Source: Gemmatimonadales bacterium (GTDB taxonomy: Bacteria; Gemmatimonadota; Gemmatimonadetes; Gemmatimonadales; GWC2-71-9). Taken from it: a stretch of DNA of 64,000 nt. The notes under the pieces were generated by a model that searched no databases, had not been told where the DNA came from, and worked only from the letters and a program-made list of their open reading frames with translations. Where the stretch lies: the NCBI GenBank assembly GCA_025927545.1, contig JAICLE010000001.1, positions 70,313 through 134,312 of the forward strand, in the 5' to 3' direction. Within the stretch, counting starts at the first letter, position 1, and every line of letters begins with the position of its first letter. Below, piece after piece: positions 26,447-37,885 of the stretch. The translations under genes and the position numbers were made by a program.

Positions 26447-26764
26447 ATGCAGTCCCACCGCGATTGGCTCCTCGACCTCCACGGTTCGGTGTGCGCGTAT
26501 TGCGGGACCGAGACGCCTTCCGAGACGATTACGCTGGATCACGTCCGCCCCCGCCGGGGGCAGACCGCCTATGACCGCCCGGACAATCTGGTCCTGGCGT
26601 GCAGGGAGTGCAACGCGGCCAAGGCGGACACGCCACTGGTCGCGTTCCTCATGCAGAAGCGCGCCCGTGGCGTGTTTCTTCTGCATTACGGCGAGCACCT
26701 CTCGGAGCCTCTGAAGGAGCTGGCGCGGCAGGTGTCTGAACGGCCGATGCTGCCGAAGGACTGA
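26447..26764 (+). CDS. small HNH endonuclease
   Basis: CAYCG...ITLDHVRPRRGQTAYDRPDNLVLACRECNAAK, 105 aa. Confidence 0.8.
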   Translation: MQSHRDWLLDLHGSVCAYCGTETPSETITLDHVRPRRGQTAYDRPDNLVLACRECNAAKADTPLVAFLMQKRARGVFLLHYGEHLSEPLKELARQVSERPMLPKD

Positions 26765-26788
26765 CCCCGCGCGGGGAGTGGAAACGAC

Positions 26789-26822
26789 AAGGGGCGGCCG
26801 AGGTGGCCGCCCCTTCTTGCTT
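26789..26822 (+). terminator. rho-independent terminator after the HNH gene
   Basis: Perfect 11-bp stem AAGGGGCGGCC / GGCCGCCCCTT with a 5-nt loop GAGGT, followed by CTTGCTT. Confidence 0.7.
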
Positions 26823-26861
26823 AGGTGGGGGGCAGGTCACAGACGCGGCGGCGCTCCAGCC

Positions 26862-26886
26862 TCATCCTGAGCGACGCGAAGGATGA
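26862..26886. repeat. short hairpin repeat (compact copy), related to 5982-6026
   Basis: TCATCCT-GAGCGACGCGA-AGGATGA, a perfect 7-bp stem with an 11-nt loop. It shares the TCATCCTGAG..GCGAAGGAT core with the first copy. Confidence 0.5.
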
Positions 26887-26909
26887 CGCACCTCTACCAG
26901 GAGACGCCG

Positions 26910-27416
26910 ATGCGAGACCCCTCCCGCCACAGCATCACCCGGGACCTGATGAAGGGCGCCGTCGCCGGCGCCGTAGCCACGTGGGTCATGGGCCGGGTGA
27001 CGAGCGCCATGTATGATCGCGAAGACCGCCGCGCCAGACGGCGCGAAGACGCGGCCCGCCAGGGGAAGACCGCGTACGGCGTGGCCGCGGAGAAGGCGGC
27101 GCGGGCAGTCGGATCCGACCTGGGTGACGATCAGCGTGAGAAGCTCGGCTCCGCGATCCACTGGGCTCTCGGCATCGGCGCCGGCGCGGCGTACGCCGTG
27201 CTTCGCCGCCGGTTCAATGCCGTTGGCCGGACCGCGGGCTTCGGTTTCGGCACCGCCTTCTGGGCCGCCATCGACGAAGGACTGGTGCCCGCGCTGGGGC
27301 TCACCAAGGGACCGGCGGCGTTTCCCTGGCAGACCCACGCCCGCGGACTGGCCGGCCACCTGTCCTTCGGCGCCGTGACCGACGGAACCCTTCGGCTGCT
27401 GGACGCGGTCGCCTGA
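26910..27416 (+). CDS. hypothetical membrane protein (possibly DUF1440-like)
   Basis: Hydrophobic segments KGAVAGAVATWVMG, AIHWALGIGAGAAYAVL, GFGFGTAFWAAI and GLAGHLSFGAV. ATG 26910 has an AGGAG RBS 6 nt upstream; the ORF opens at ATG 26883, inside the hairpin. Confidence 0.6.
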   Translation: MRDPSRHSITRDLMKGAVAGAVATWVMGRVTSAMYDREDRRARRREDAARQGKTAYGVAAEKAARAVGSDLGDDQREKLGSAIHWALGIGAGAAYAVLRRRFNAVGRTAGFGFGTAFWAAIDEGLVPALGLTKGPAAFPWQTHARGLAGHLSFGAVTDGTLRLLDAVA

Positions 27417-27429
27417 CGAGGTCGACCGG

Positions 27430-31113
<3,684 letters not shown>

Positions 31114-31258
31114 CAGAGTCTCCGTCCTTGCGGTTGACCGAAAGATAACGACCCGGCCCTTCCGGTCCCCTTGCCAATCCCTCCGAAAGTCGTAAGCTCA
31201 AGGACATCTGTTATCACAACAGTGATGGGCGGACGACCATCAACTCGAGGGGGTCGGT

Positions 31259-31987
31259 ATGCCGGATCGGGCGTGGAGCTGGGCGGGCTTGCTGGGCATC
31301 ATGGCCGCGCTCGCGGCGGGATGTGGCGGCGGGGGCAGTGGAGGTGGCGACACCCAACCCGATCCCTCACCGCCGGCCATCGCCAAGGCGCCCGCGGAGA
31401 GTGGGGACGCGCAGACCGGGCCGGTGGGCCAGTCGCTCCCGAACGAGCTCAGGGTCGTGGTGACGCGGGACGGCGCACCTCAGGCAAACGCCACAGTGAC
31501 CTGGTCCACGACCGGCGGCAGCCTGGATCCCGCCTCGGGAGCGACGGATGCGGCCGGCATCGGCGCCGCTAGCTGGACCCTCGGCCCCGATGCGGGGGCG
31601 CAGACGGCCGAGGCCGCGGTCCAGGGCGCCACCGGGTCACCGGTCTCGTTCAGCGCGACCGCCACGTCCGTCGGGCCTCCCCCGCCGCCACCGCCGGCCA
31701 CCGTGGCGGTCACCCTCGGGAACATCTTCTTCCAGAGCAACCGGAACGCCACCCGGAACCCCGCCGTCGATACCGTGGCGGTGAACGGCACGGTCACCTG
31801 GACCTGGGTGAACACCGGCGCGACGGAGCACAGCGTGCTCTCGACCGGCAGCACCAGCTTCACCAGCAGCACGACCCGTGCGGGCGACGGCACGGCGTAC
31901 CACTTCCAGTTCACCGAGGCCGGCACGTATACCTACAACTGCGCGGTCCACGGCAACCTGATGACCGGGCGGATCGTGGTCAGGTAG
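31259..31987 (+). CDS. lipoprotein with Ig-like (Big-type) domain and C-terminal type-1 copper cupredoxin domain
   Basis: Lipobox LAAGCGG. Ig-like VVVTRDGAPQANATVTWSTTGGSLDPASGATDAAGIGAASWTLG. Cupredoxin GTVTWTWVNTGATEHSV...YTYNCAVHGNLMTGRIVV, with H, C, H, M ligands. Confidence 0.8.
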   Translation: MPDRAWSWAGLLGIMAALAAGCGGGGSGGGDTQPDPSPPAIAKAPAESGDAQTGPVGQSLPNELRVVVTRDGAPQANATVTWSTTGGSLDPASGATDAAGIGAASWTLGPDAGAQTAEAAVQGATGSPVSFSATATSVGPPPPPPPATVAVTLGNIFFQSNRNATRNPAVDTVAVNGTVTWTWVNTGATEHSVLSTGSTSFTSSTTRAGDGTAYHFQFTEAGTYTYNCAVHGNLMTGRIVVR

Positions 31988-33584
31988 CGAGCGCCAGGTA
32001 CTTTCCGGCTTCCGCTTCCACCCGGGCCTCGTCCCAGCCGCGCTCGCGCGCCATCAGCTCCGCCACTCGCCGGGCCGCGGCCACACCGCGGTCCGGCGCC
32101 TCGTAATAGAGGTGGATCCGGCGCACCAGCACATCCGCCACTGTCTGCGCCATCTCCCGCCGCACCGCATGCACTACCTCGGCCTCGACGGCGGGGTGCG
32201 GCGGCGCCAGCCGGCGGAGCAGCCGGCGCTCTCCCACGCCCAGGTTGTAAATCCCGGCGGCCTCGGTGCCATAGTGGCGCAGCAGGTGCTCGACGCTGTC
32301 GGGGGTGACGCCCAGCTCGAGGCCACGCTCGCGGAACTGGGCGAGGTCCGCGGCCTCGCCGCCGGGGAGCGGCTCCTCGTCGGTCCGCGTCCCCGCCGAG
32401 CGCGGACGACCATCGCGGAACCGCAGCTCCCGCACCGCCCGGTTCACCACCTCCTCGGCCATGGCGCGATAGGTGGTGAGCTTCCCGCCCACGACGGTGA
32501 TCATCCCCCCCGAGCCCTGCACGATGGCGTGGTCCCGCGAGCGGCTCGAGGCCCGGGTCACCTCGCGGTCGGCCAGGAGCGGACGGAGACCGGCCCAGGA
32601 CGCGCGCACGTCGTCGATGCCGAGCCGGGCGTTGGGGAAGCGCGCGTTGGCGGAGCGGAGGAGATAGACCACGTCGTCCGCGGTGATGGAGAGCTCCTCG
32701 GGGGGCTCGACGGTATCGGTGTCGGTGGTGCCGATGTAGGACAGGTCGCCCCAGGGAAGGATGAAGAGGACCCGGCCGTCAATGGGGCTGGTGAAGACGA
32801 TCGCCTCGCGGTGATCGAGGCGGCTCCGCTCCACGACCACGTGAATGCCCTTGGTGGGCTGAAGCAGCGGCGCCGACCCCGAGTCCTCGAGCACACGGAC
32901 GCGGTCGGCCCAGGGACCGGTGGCGTTGACGACCACGCTGGCCCGCAGGGTGGCGTGGCCTCCGGTGAGCCGGTCCTCGAGCGCCGCGCCCACCACCCGG
33001 CCGGCGGTGCGTTCGAGCGCGCGGACCGCGGTGTAGTTTGCCACCAGCGCGCCATGGTGGACCGCGGAGCGCACCGTGGCGAGCGTGAGGCGGGCGTCGT
33101 CACACTGCGCGTCGTAGAACCGTGCCCCACCCAGCAGGCCACGCTCGCGCAGCATCGGCTCGGCCTCGAGCAGCGCGCGCTTGCCCAGCATGCGGTGCGT
33201 CCTCACATTCCGGAACAGCGCGAGCGCATCGTACAGCCACATCCCCGCGGCCAGGCGCCAGAGGGCGATTCTGTCGCCGCGGTGCAGGGGAAAGACGAAC
33301 GGGAGCGGCCAGACGAGGTGCGGCGCGATCCGGAGCAGCGTCCGCCGCTCCCGGTTGGCCTCCAGCACCAGACGGAGGTTGCCGGTCTCGAGATAGCGGA
33401 GTCCGCCATGTACCAGGCGGCTCGAGTGCGAGCTGGTGCCGGCGCCGAAGTCCTGCTGCTCGACCAGTACTGTCCTGAGGCCGCGCATGGCCGCGTCGCG
33501 CGCCACGCCGGCGCCGGTGATGCCACCCCCGATCACGAGCAGATCGGCCGGCTGTGCCGTGAGCTGCTCGAGTGTCGCCCGCAC
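31980..33584 (-). CDS. glpD: FAD-dependent glycerol-3-phosphate dehydrogenase
   Basis: DLLVIGGGITGAGVARDAAMRG...SSHSSRLVHGGLRYLE. Start ambiguous: GTG 33584 (used here) or ATG 33662. The 3' end overlaps the cupredoxin gene by 8 nt. Confidence 0.85.
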   Translation of the reverse strand: MRATLEQLTAQPADLLVIGGGITGAGVARDAAMRGLRTVLVEQQDFGAGTSSHSSRLVHGGLRYLETGNLRLVLEANRERRTLLRIAPHLVWPLPFVFPLHRGDRIALWRLAAGMWLYDALALFRNVRTHRMLGKRALLEAEPMLRERGLLGGARFYDAQCDDARLTLATVRSAVHHGALVANYTAVRALERTAGRVVGAALEDRLTGGHATLRASVVVNATGPWADRVRVLEDSGSAPLLQPTKGIHVVVERSRLDHREAIVFTSPIDGRVLFILPWGDLSYIGTTDTDTVEPPEELSITADDVVYLLRSANARFPNARLGIDDVRASWAGLRPLLADREVTRASSRSRDHAIVQGSGGMITVVGGKLTTYRAMAEEVVNRAVRELRFRDGRPRSAGTRTDEEPLPGGEAADLAQFRERGLELGVTPDSVEHLLRHYGTEAAGIYNLGVGERRLLRRLAPPHPAVEAEVVHAVRREMAQTVADVLVRRIHLYYEAPDRGVAAARRVAELMARERGWDEARVEAEAGKYLALAT

Positions 33585-33599
33585 CGAGGACCGACCCCC

Positions 33600-34145
33600 G
33601 TGAGCCTGCCCCCCGCCGCGCACCTGCCCCGTCCCAGCACCTGGTTCGCGTGGCACGCTCATCGGATCCGTCCCGGCATGCGGGTCGTCGACCTGGCCTG
33701 CGGCCAGGGCCGCCACAGCATCGCGGCAGCGCTGCTCGGCGCGCAGGTGACGGGGATCGATCGCGACGAAGCGCGGCTGGCCGCCGCGCGCGAGCTCGCG
33801 ACCGCGCAGGGAGCGTCGGTCGAGTGGCAGGTGGTCGATCTGGCAGGGCCGTGGCCGGAGCTGGGCAATTTTGATGCGGTTCTGGTCTTCAATTATCTTG
33901 ACCGTGCGCGCATGGCCGATATTCGCGGCCTGGTCGCGCCGGGCGGACTGCTGATCATGGAGTCGTTCCTGGCCGGCCAGCGCGAACTTGGCTGGGGCCC
34001 GACGTCGGAGGACCACCTGCTGCGCCCCGGCGAGCTGGCGCGTCTGGTCGCCCCGTTCCGGGTGGAGCACGGCCGCGAGGTGCTGGAGCCGGTCGATGCC
34101 GAGCGCTGGCGCGCGGTCGCGAGCGTTCTGGCCCGGCGCGCGTGA
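33600..34145 (+). CDS. class I SAM-dependent methyltransferase
   Basis: Motif I RPGMRVVDLACGQGRHS, then VLVFNYL and APGGLLIME. Start uncertain: GTG 33600 is preferred because residues before ATG 33678 look like part of the fold. Confidence 0.7.
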   Translation: MSLPPAAHLPRPSTWFAWHAHRIRPGMRVVDLACGQGRHSIAAALLGAQVTGIDRDEARLAAARELATAQGASVEWQVVDLAGPWPELGNFDAVLVFNYLDRARMADIRGLVAPGGLLIMESFLAGQRELGWGPTSEDHLLRPGELARLVAPFRVEHGREVLEPVDAERWRAVASVLARRA

Positions 34146-35482
34146 ATAGTACAACGACTCTCGCCCACTTTCTCGACAGGACCTCATTGCACGATTCCCG
34201 GCCGGGCCGGCGGGTGGCCATCGTGGCCGGCCTGCGCACGCCCTTCGCCAAGAGCGGCACCGTCTTCCGCGACGTCTCCGCGACCGCGCTGGCGCGCCAC
34301 GCGGCCCGCGAGCTGCTCGTGCGCAGCGAGCTCGACGGGCGCGAGGTCGACGAAGTGATCTTCGGGCAGGTGGTGTCGTCGGTGCGCGCGCCCAACGTGG
34401 CGCGCGAGGTGAGTCTCCTGCCGCAGCTCCTGCCCAGCGTTCCCGCCTACACGCTCAACCGTGCCTGCGCCTCCGCCGCGCAGGCGATCACCAACGCCGC
34501 CGACCAGATCGCGCTGGGGCACGCGGACACCATCCTGGCGGGCGGGGTCGAGTCGCTCTCCGACATACCGGTGCTGCACTCGCGGCGGTTCAGCCAGATC
34601 CTCGTGGAGGCCGGCAAGGCGCGGAGCGCGGGGCGCCGGGTCCGCGCGCTCGCCCGGACCCGTCCGCGGGACCTGGTCCCGGTCACCCCCGCGGTCGCCG
34701 AGCCCTCCACGGGTGAGACGATGGGCCAGTCCGCCGAGAAGATGGCCAAGGAGAACGGCATCACCCGGGAGGCGCAGGACCGCCTCGCGCTGATGAGCCA
34801 TGAGCGCGCCGCCGAGGCCACCGCCGACGGCCGTCTTACGGCCGAGATCGCGCCCTGGTTCGGCGGCCGCGACATGGACCAGATCGTCACCGCGGACAAC
34901 GGCATCCGCTCCGATACCTCGCTCGAGGCGCTGGCGGAGCTCCGCCCCGTCTTCGATCGCCGCTACGGCTCGGTCACCGCGGGCAACTCGTCGCCGCTTA
35001 CCGATGGCGCCGCCGCCGTCCTCCTCATGGCGGAGGAGAAGGCCGCGGCGCTGGGCTACGAGCCGCTGGCGTTCATCAGGAGCTACGCGGTGGCCGCCGT
35101 CGATCCCGGCTGGCAGCTTCTGATGGGTCCGGTGTACGCGGTGCCCCGCGCGCTCGAGCGCGCGGGGATCGCGTGGGCGGAGCTTGGGCTGGTGGAGATC
35201 CACGAAGCGTTCGCGGCGCAGGTGCTCTCCAACGTGCAGGCCTGGGACTCGGAGGCCTGGGCAGAGCGGCTGGGCCTGGCCGCGCCGGTGGGGCGGGTGG
35301 ACTGGGAATGCACCAACGTGATGGGGGGGTCGATCGCGATCGGCCACCCGTTCGGCGCCACCGGGGCGCGCCTGGTCACGACGCTGGCCAACGAGATGCA
35401 GCGGCGCGACGTGCAGTTCGGGCTGGTCTCCATCTGCGCGCAGGGCGGGATGGGCTACGCCGTCGTGCTGGAGCGCGACTAG
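34142..35482 (+). CDS. fadI: 3-ketoacyl-CoA thiolase, FadI-like
   Basis: VAIVAGLRTPFAKSG, NRACASAAQAI, GNSSPLTDGAAAV and GGSIAIGHPFGATGAR follow the E. coli FadI layout closely. The GTG overlaps the upstream stop (GTGA). Confidence 0.9.
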   Translation: MNSTTTLAHFLDRTSLHDSRPGRRVAIVAGLRTPFAKSGTVFRDVSATALARHAARELLVRSELDGREVDEVIFGQVVSSVRAPNVAREVSLLPQLLPSVPAYTLNRACASAAQAITNAADQIALGHADTILAGGVESLSDIPVLHSRRFSQILVEAGKARSAGRRVRALARTRPRDLVPVTPAVAEPSTGETMGQSAEKMAKENGITREAQDRLALMSHERAAEATADGRLTAEIAPWFGGRDMDQIVTADNGIRSDTSLEALAELRPVFDRRYGSVTAGNSSPLTDGAAAVLLMAEEKAAALGYEPLAFIRSYAVAAVDPGWQLLMGPVYAVPRALERAGIAWAELGLVEIHEAFAAQVLSNVQAWDSEAWAERLGLAAPVGRVDWECTNVMGGSIAIGHPFGATGARLVTTLANEMQRRDVQFGLVSICAQGGMGYAVVLERD

Positions 35483-37611
35483 TGTCGGCCCTCACGACGA
35501 CGGTCGAGGACGGGATCGCGGTCGTCACGTTCGACCTGCCGGGCGAGCCGGTCAACAAGCTGAGCGATGCGGTCAAGGTGGAGTTCGAGGCGCTCCTGAT
35601 CCGGCTGCGCGACGACCAGGCGATCCGCGCGGCGGTCCTCATCTCCGGGAAGCCGGACAGCTTCATCGCCGGCGCCGACATCGACGAGTTCTCGGCGCTC
35701 ACCACCGAGAGCGCGGCGGAGCGGCTGAGCTTCGAGGGGCAGGAGATGGTGAACCGGGTGGAGGCGCTCGCCAAGCCCGTGGTGGCGGCGATCCACGGCG
35801 CCTGCCTGGGCGGAGGCCTCGAGCTCGCGCTGGCGTGTCATTATCGCGTGGCCACCGACCATCCCAGGACCCAGCTCGGCCTTCCCGAGGTGCAGCTCGG
35901 CCTCCTGCCGGCGGCGGGCGGCTGCCAGCGACTGCCGCGGCTCATCGGCGCCCGCGCGGCGCTCGACATGATCCTCACCGGCCGGAGCGAGCGGGGCGCC
36001 CGGGCGCTCCGCCTCGGGCTGGTCGACGAGTTGGCGCCGCCGAGCATTCTCAGCGCCGCCGCGGTGGCCGCGGCCGACCGGGTCGCGCGGCAGGGGCCGC
36101 CCCGCCGCTCGCCGGGCGGCGGGCTCCAGGCCTACTTCCTCGACCGCACCGCGGCCGGGCGTCGGATGGTCTATCGCGCCGCCGAGAAGCGGGTCCGGGC
36201 CCGCACCGGCGGCCACTACCCGGCGCCGCTGCGCGCGCTCGACGCGGTGCGAGTCGGGCTCGAGCAGGGGGTCACCGCCGGGCTTGCCGAGGAGCACCGC
36301 GCGTTCGGCGAGCTCGCCGTCGGGGAGGTCTCCCGCAAGCTGGTGCAGGTCTTCTTCGCCACCGCCGCGCTCAAGAAGGACGACGGGATCCCCCCCGGCA
36401 TGGCGGTGCCGCGGCAGATCCGGCGTCTCGGCGTGGTGGGCGCGGGGTTCATGGGGGCGGGCATCGCCGGCACCGCGGCGCTCAACGTCGAGGTGGACAC
36501 ACGGCTCAAGGACGCCGACCTCGTGCGCGTGGGGAAGGGGCTCAAGGCTGCCGGCGCCCCGCTGGCGGAGCGGCTCAGGCGGAAGCGGCTCACGCGGCCG
36601 CAGTACGAGCGGCTCGGCGCGCTGCTCTCCGGCGGCGACGATTACCGTGGGTTCGCGCGCGCCGACCTCGTGATCGAGGCCGTGTTCGAGGATCTCGAGC
36701 TCAAGCGCCGCGTGCTGATGGAAGTCGAGGCCGTAACCCGGCCGGAAGCGATCTTCGCCAGCAACACCTCGACGATCCCGATCCGCGAGATTGCCGCGCG
36801 AGCGGAGCGGCCCGATCGGGTGCTGGGGATGCATTTCTTCTCGCCGGTGGAGAAGATGCCGTTGCTCGAGGTCATCCCGACCGACGCCACCGCGGCCGAG
36901 GCGATCGTGACCGCCGTCCGGTTCGGCCGCCGGATGGGGAAGACGGTGATCGTGGTGGCCGATCAGCCCGGCTTCTGGGTCAACCGCATTCTCTCGCCGT
37001 ATCTCAACGAGGCGGCGATTCTGCTCACCGAGGGCGTCCCGATCGAGGTCATCGACCGGACCATGACGGCGTGGGGCTTTCCCGTCGGGCCGATCGCGCT
37101 GCTCGACGAGGTTGGCCTCGATGTGGCGCAGAGGGCCGGCGGGGTGATGCACGCCTCGTTCGGCGACCGGCTGCGGCCGCCGGAGACGCTCGCCCGCCTT
37201 CTGGCCGAGGGGCGGCTGGGCCGGAAGAACGGCCGCGGCTTCTATCGCTATCGCGACGGCCACAAGGCCGGCGCGGACGATTCCGTCTATCCGCTCCTCG
37301 GTGTTCGCCCCGTGGAGGACGCGGATCCGTCGGTGGTGGAGCGGCGCCTGGTGTATGCGATGCTCAATGAAGCGGCCATGGCGATGGACGACGACGTGGT
37401 GCGAAGCCCGCGCGACGGCGACATCGGCGCCCTCTTCGGCATCGGATTTCCCGCGTTCCGCGGCGGCCCGCTCCGTCTGGTGGACGACCTCACCGCCGCG
37501 CGCGTGGTGGACGTGCTGCGGGATCTCGAGGACGTGCACGGCCCGCGCTTCGCGCCCGCCGCGAGCCTGCTCGAGATGGACGCGCACGGCCACCGCTACT
37601 ACCCCGCCTGA
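35482..37611 (+). CDS. fadJ: multifunctional enoyl-CoA hydratase / 3-hydroxyacyl-CoA dehydrogenase, FadJ-like
   Basis: Crotonase domain (AAIHGACLGGGLELALACH) and HADH domain (LGVVGAGFMGAGIA). GTG 35482 shares its first base with the fadI stop. Confidence 0.9.
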   Translation: MSALTTTVEDGIAVVTFDLPGEPVNKLSDAVKVEFEALLIRLRDDQAIRAAVLISGKPDSFIAGADIDEFSALTTESAAERLSFEGQEMVNRVEALAKPVVAAIHGACLGGGLELALACHYRVATDHPRTQLGLPEVQLGLLPAAGGCQRLPRLIGARAALDMILTGRSERGARALRLGLVDELAPPSILSAAAVAAADRVARQGPPRRSPGGGLQAYFLDRTAAGRRMVYRAAEKRVRARTGGHYPAPLRALDAVRVGLEQGVTAGLAEEHRAFGELAVGEVSRKLVQVFFATAALKKDDGIPPGMAVPRQIRRLGVVGAGFMGAGIAGTAALNVEVDTRLKDADLVRVGKGLKAAGAPLAERLRRKRLTRPQYERLGALLSGGDDYRGFARADLVIEAVFEDLELKRRVLMEVEAVTRPEAIFASNTSTIPIREIAARAERPDRVLGMHFFSPVEKMPLLEVIPTDATAAEAIVTAVRFGRRMGKTVIVVADQPGFWVNRILSPYLNEAAILLTEGVPIEVIDRTMTAWGFPVGPIALLDEVGLDVAQRAGGVMHASFGDRLRPPETLARLLAEGRLGRKNGRGFYRYRDGHKAGADDSVYPLLGVRPVEDADPSVVERRLVYAMLNEAAMAMDDDVVRSPRDGDIGALFGIGFPAFRGGPLRLVDDLTAARVVDVLRDLEDVHGPRFAPAASLLEMDAHGHRYYPA

Positions 37612-37885
37612 CCGCCGCGAAGTGAAACGCTGACCCTCGCGGGCGTTTCCGCCCGCGACGCCCCCGCCCATCGGGTCGCGCCCGCCACCCGGTTCTCTCC
37701 GATGTTCAGCCCGGAACAGTCCGTTGCTCGCGCCGCGAGGCGTGCAGGTCGCGCCCCGAATCCGGCGGGTCGCGACGGAGGCGTTGTGGCCCCGAAAGTG
37801 GGACGTCAATGTCTTCCGTGTCGCACCGCGCGGCCGCATGCGATGTCCGTTGCTTCCGATCCTCTCGCGGCGCAGGAGACTTCCC

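Noticed and set aside
37624-37649. Hairpin GAAACGC-N12-GCGTTTC after fadJ as an intrinsic terminator
   Set aside because: The stem is only 7 bp, the loop is 12 nt, and no U-tract follows. This is too weak to report as a terminator feature.
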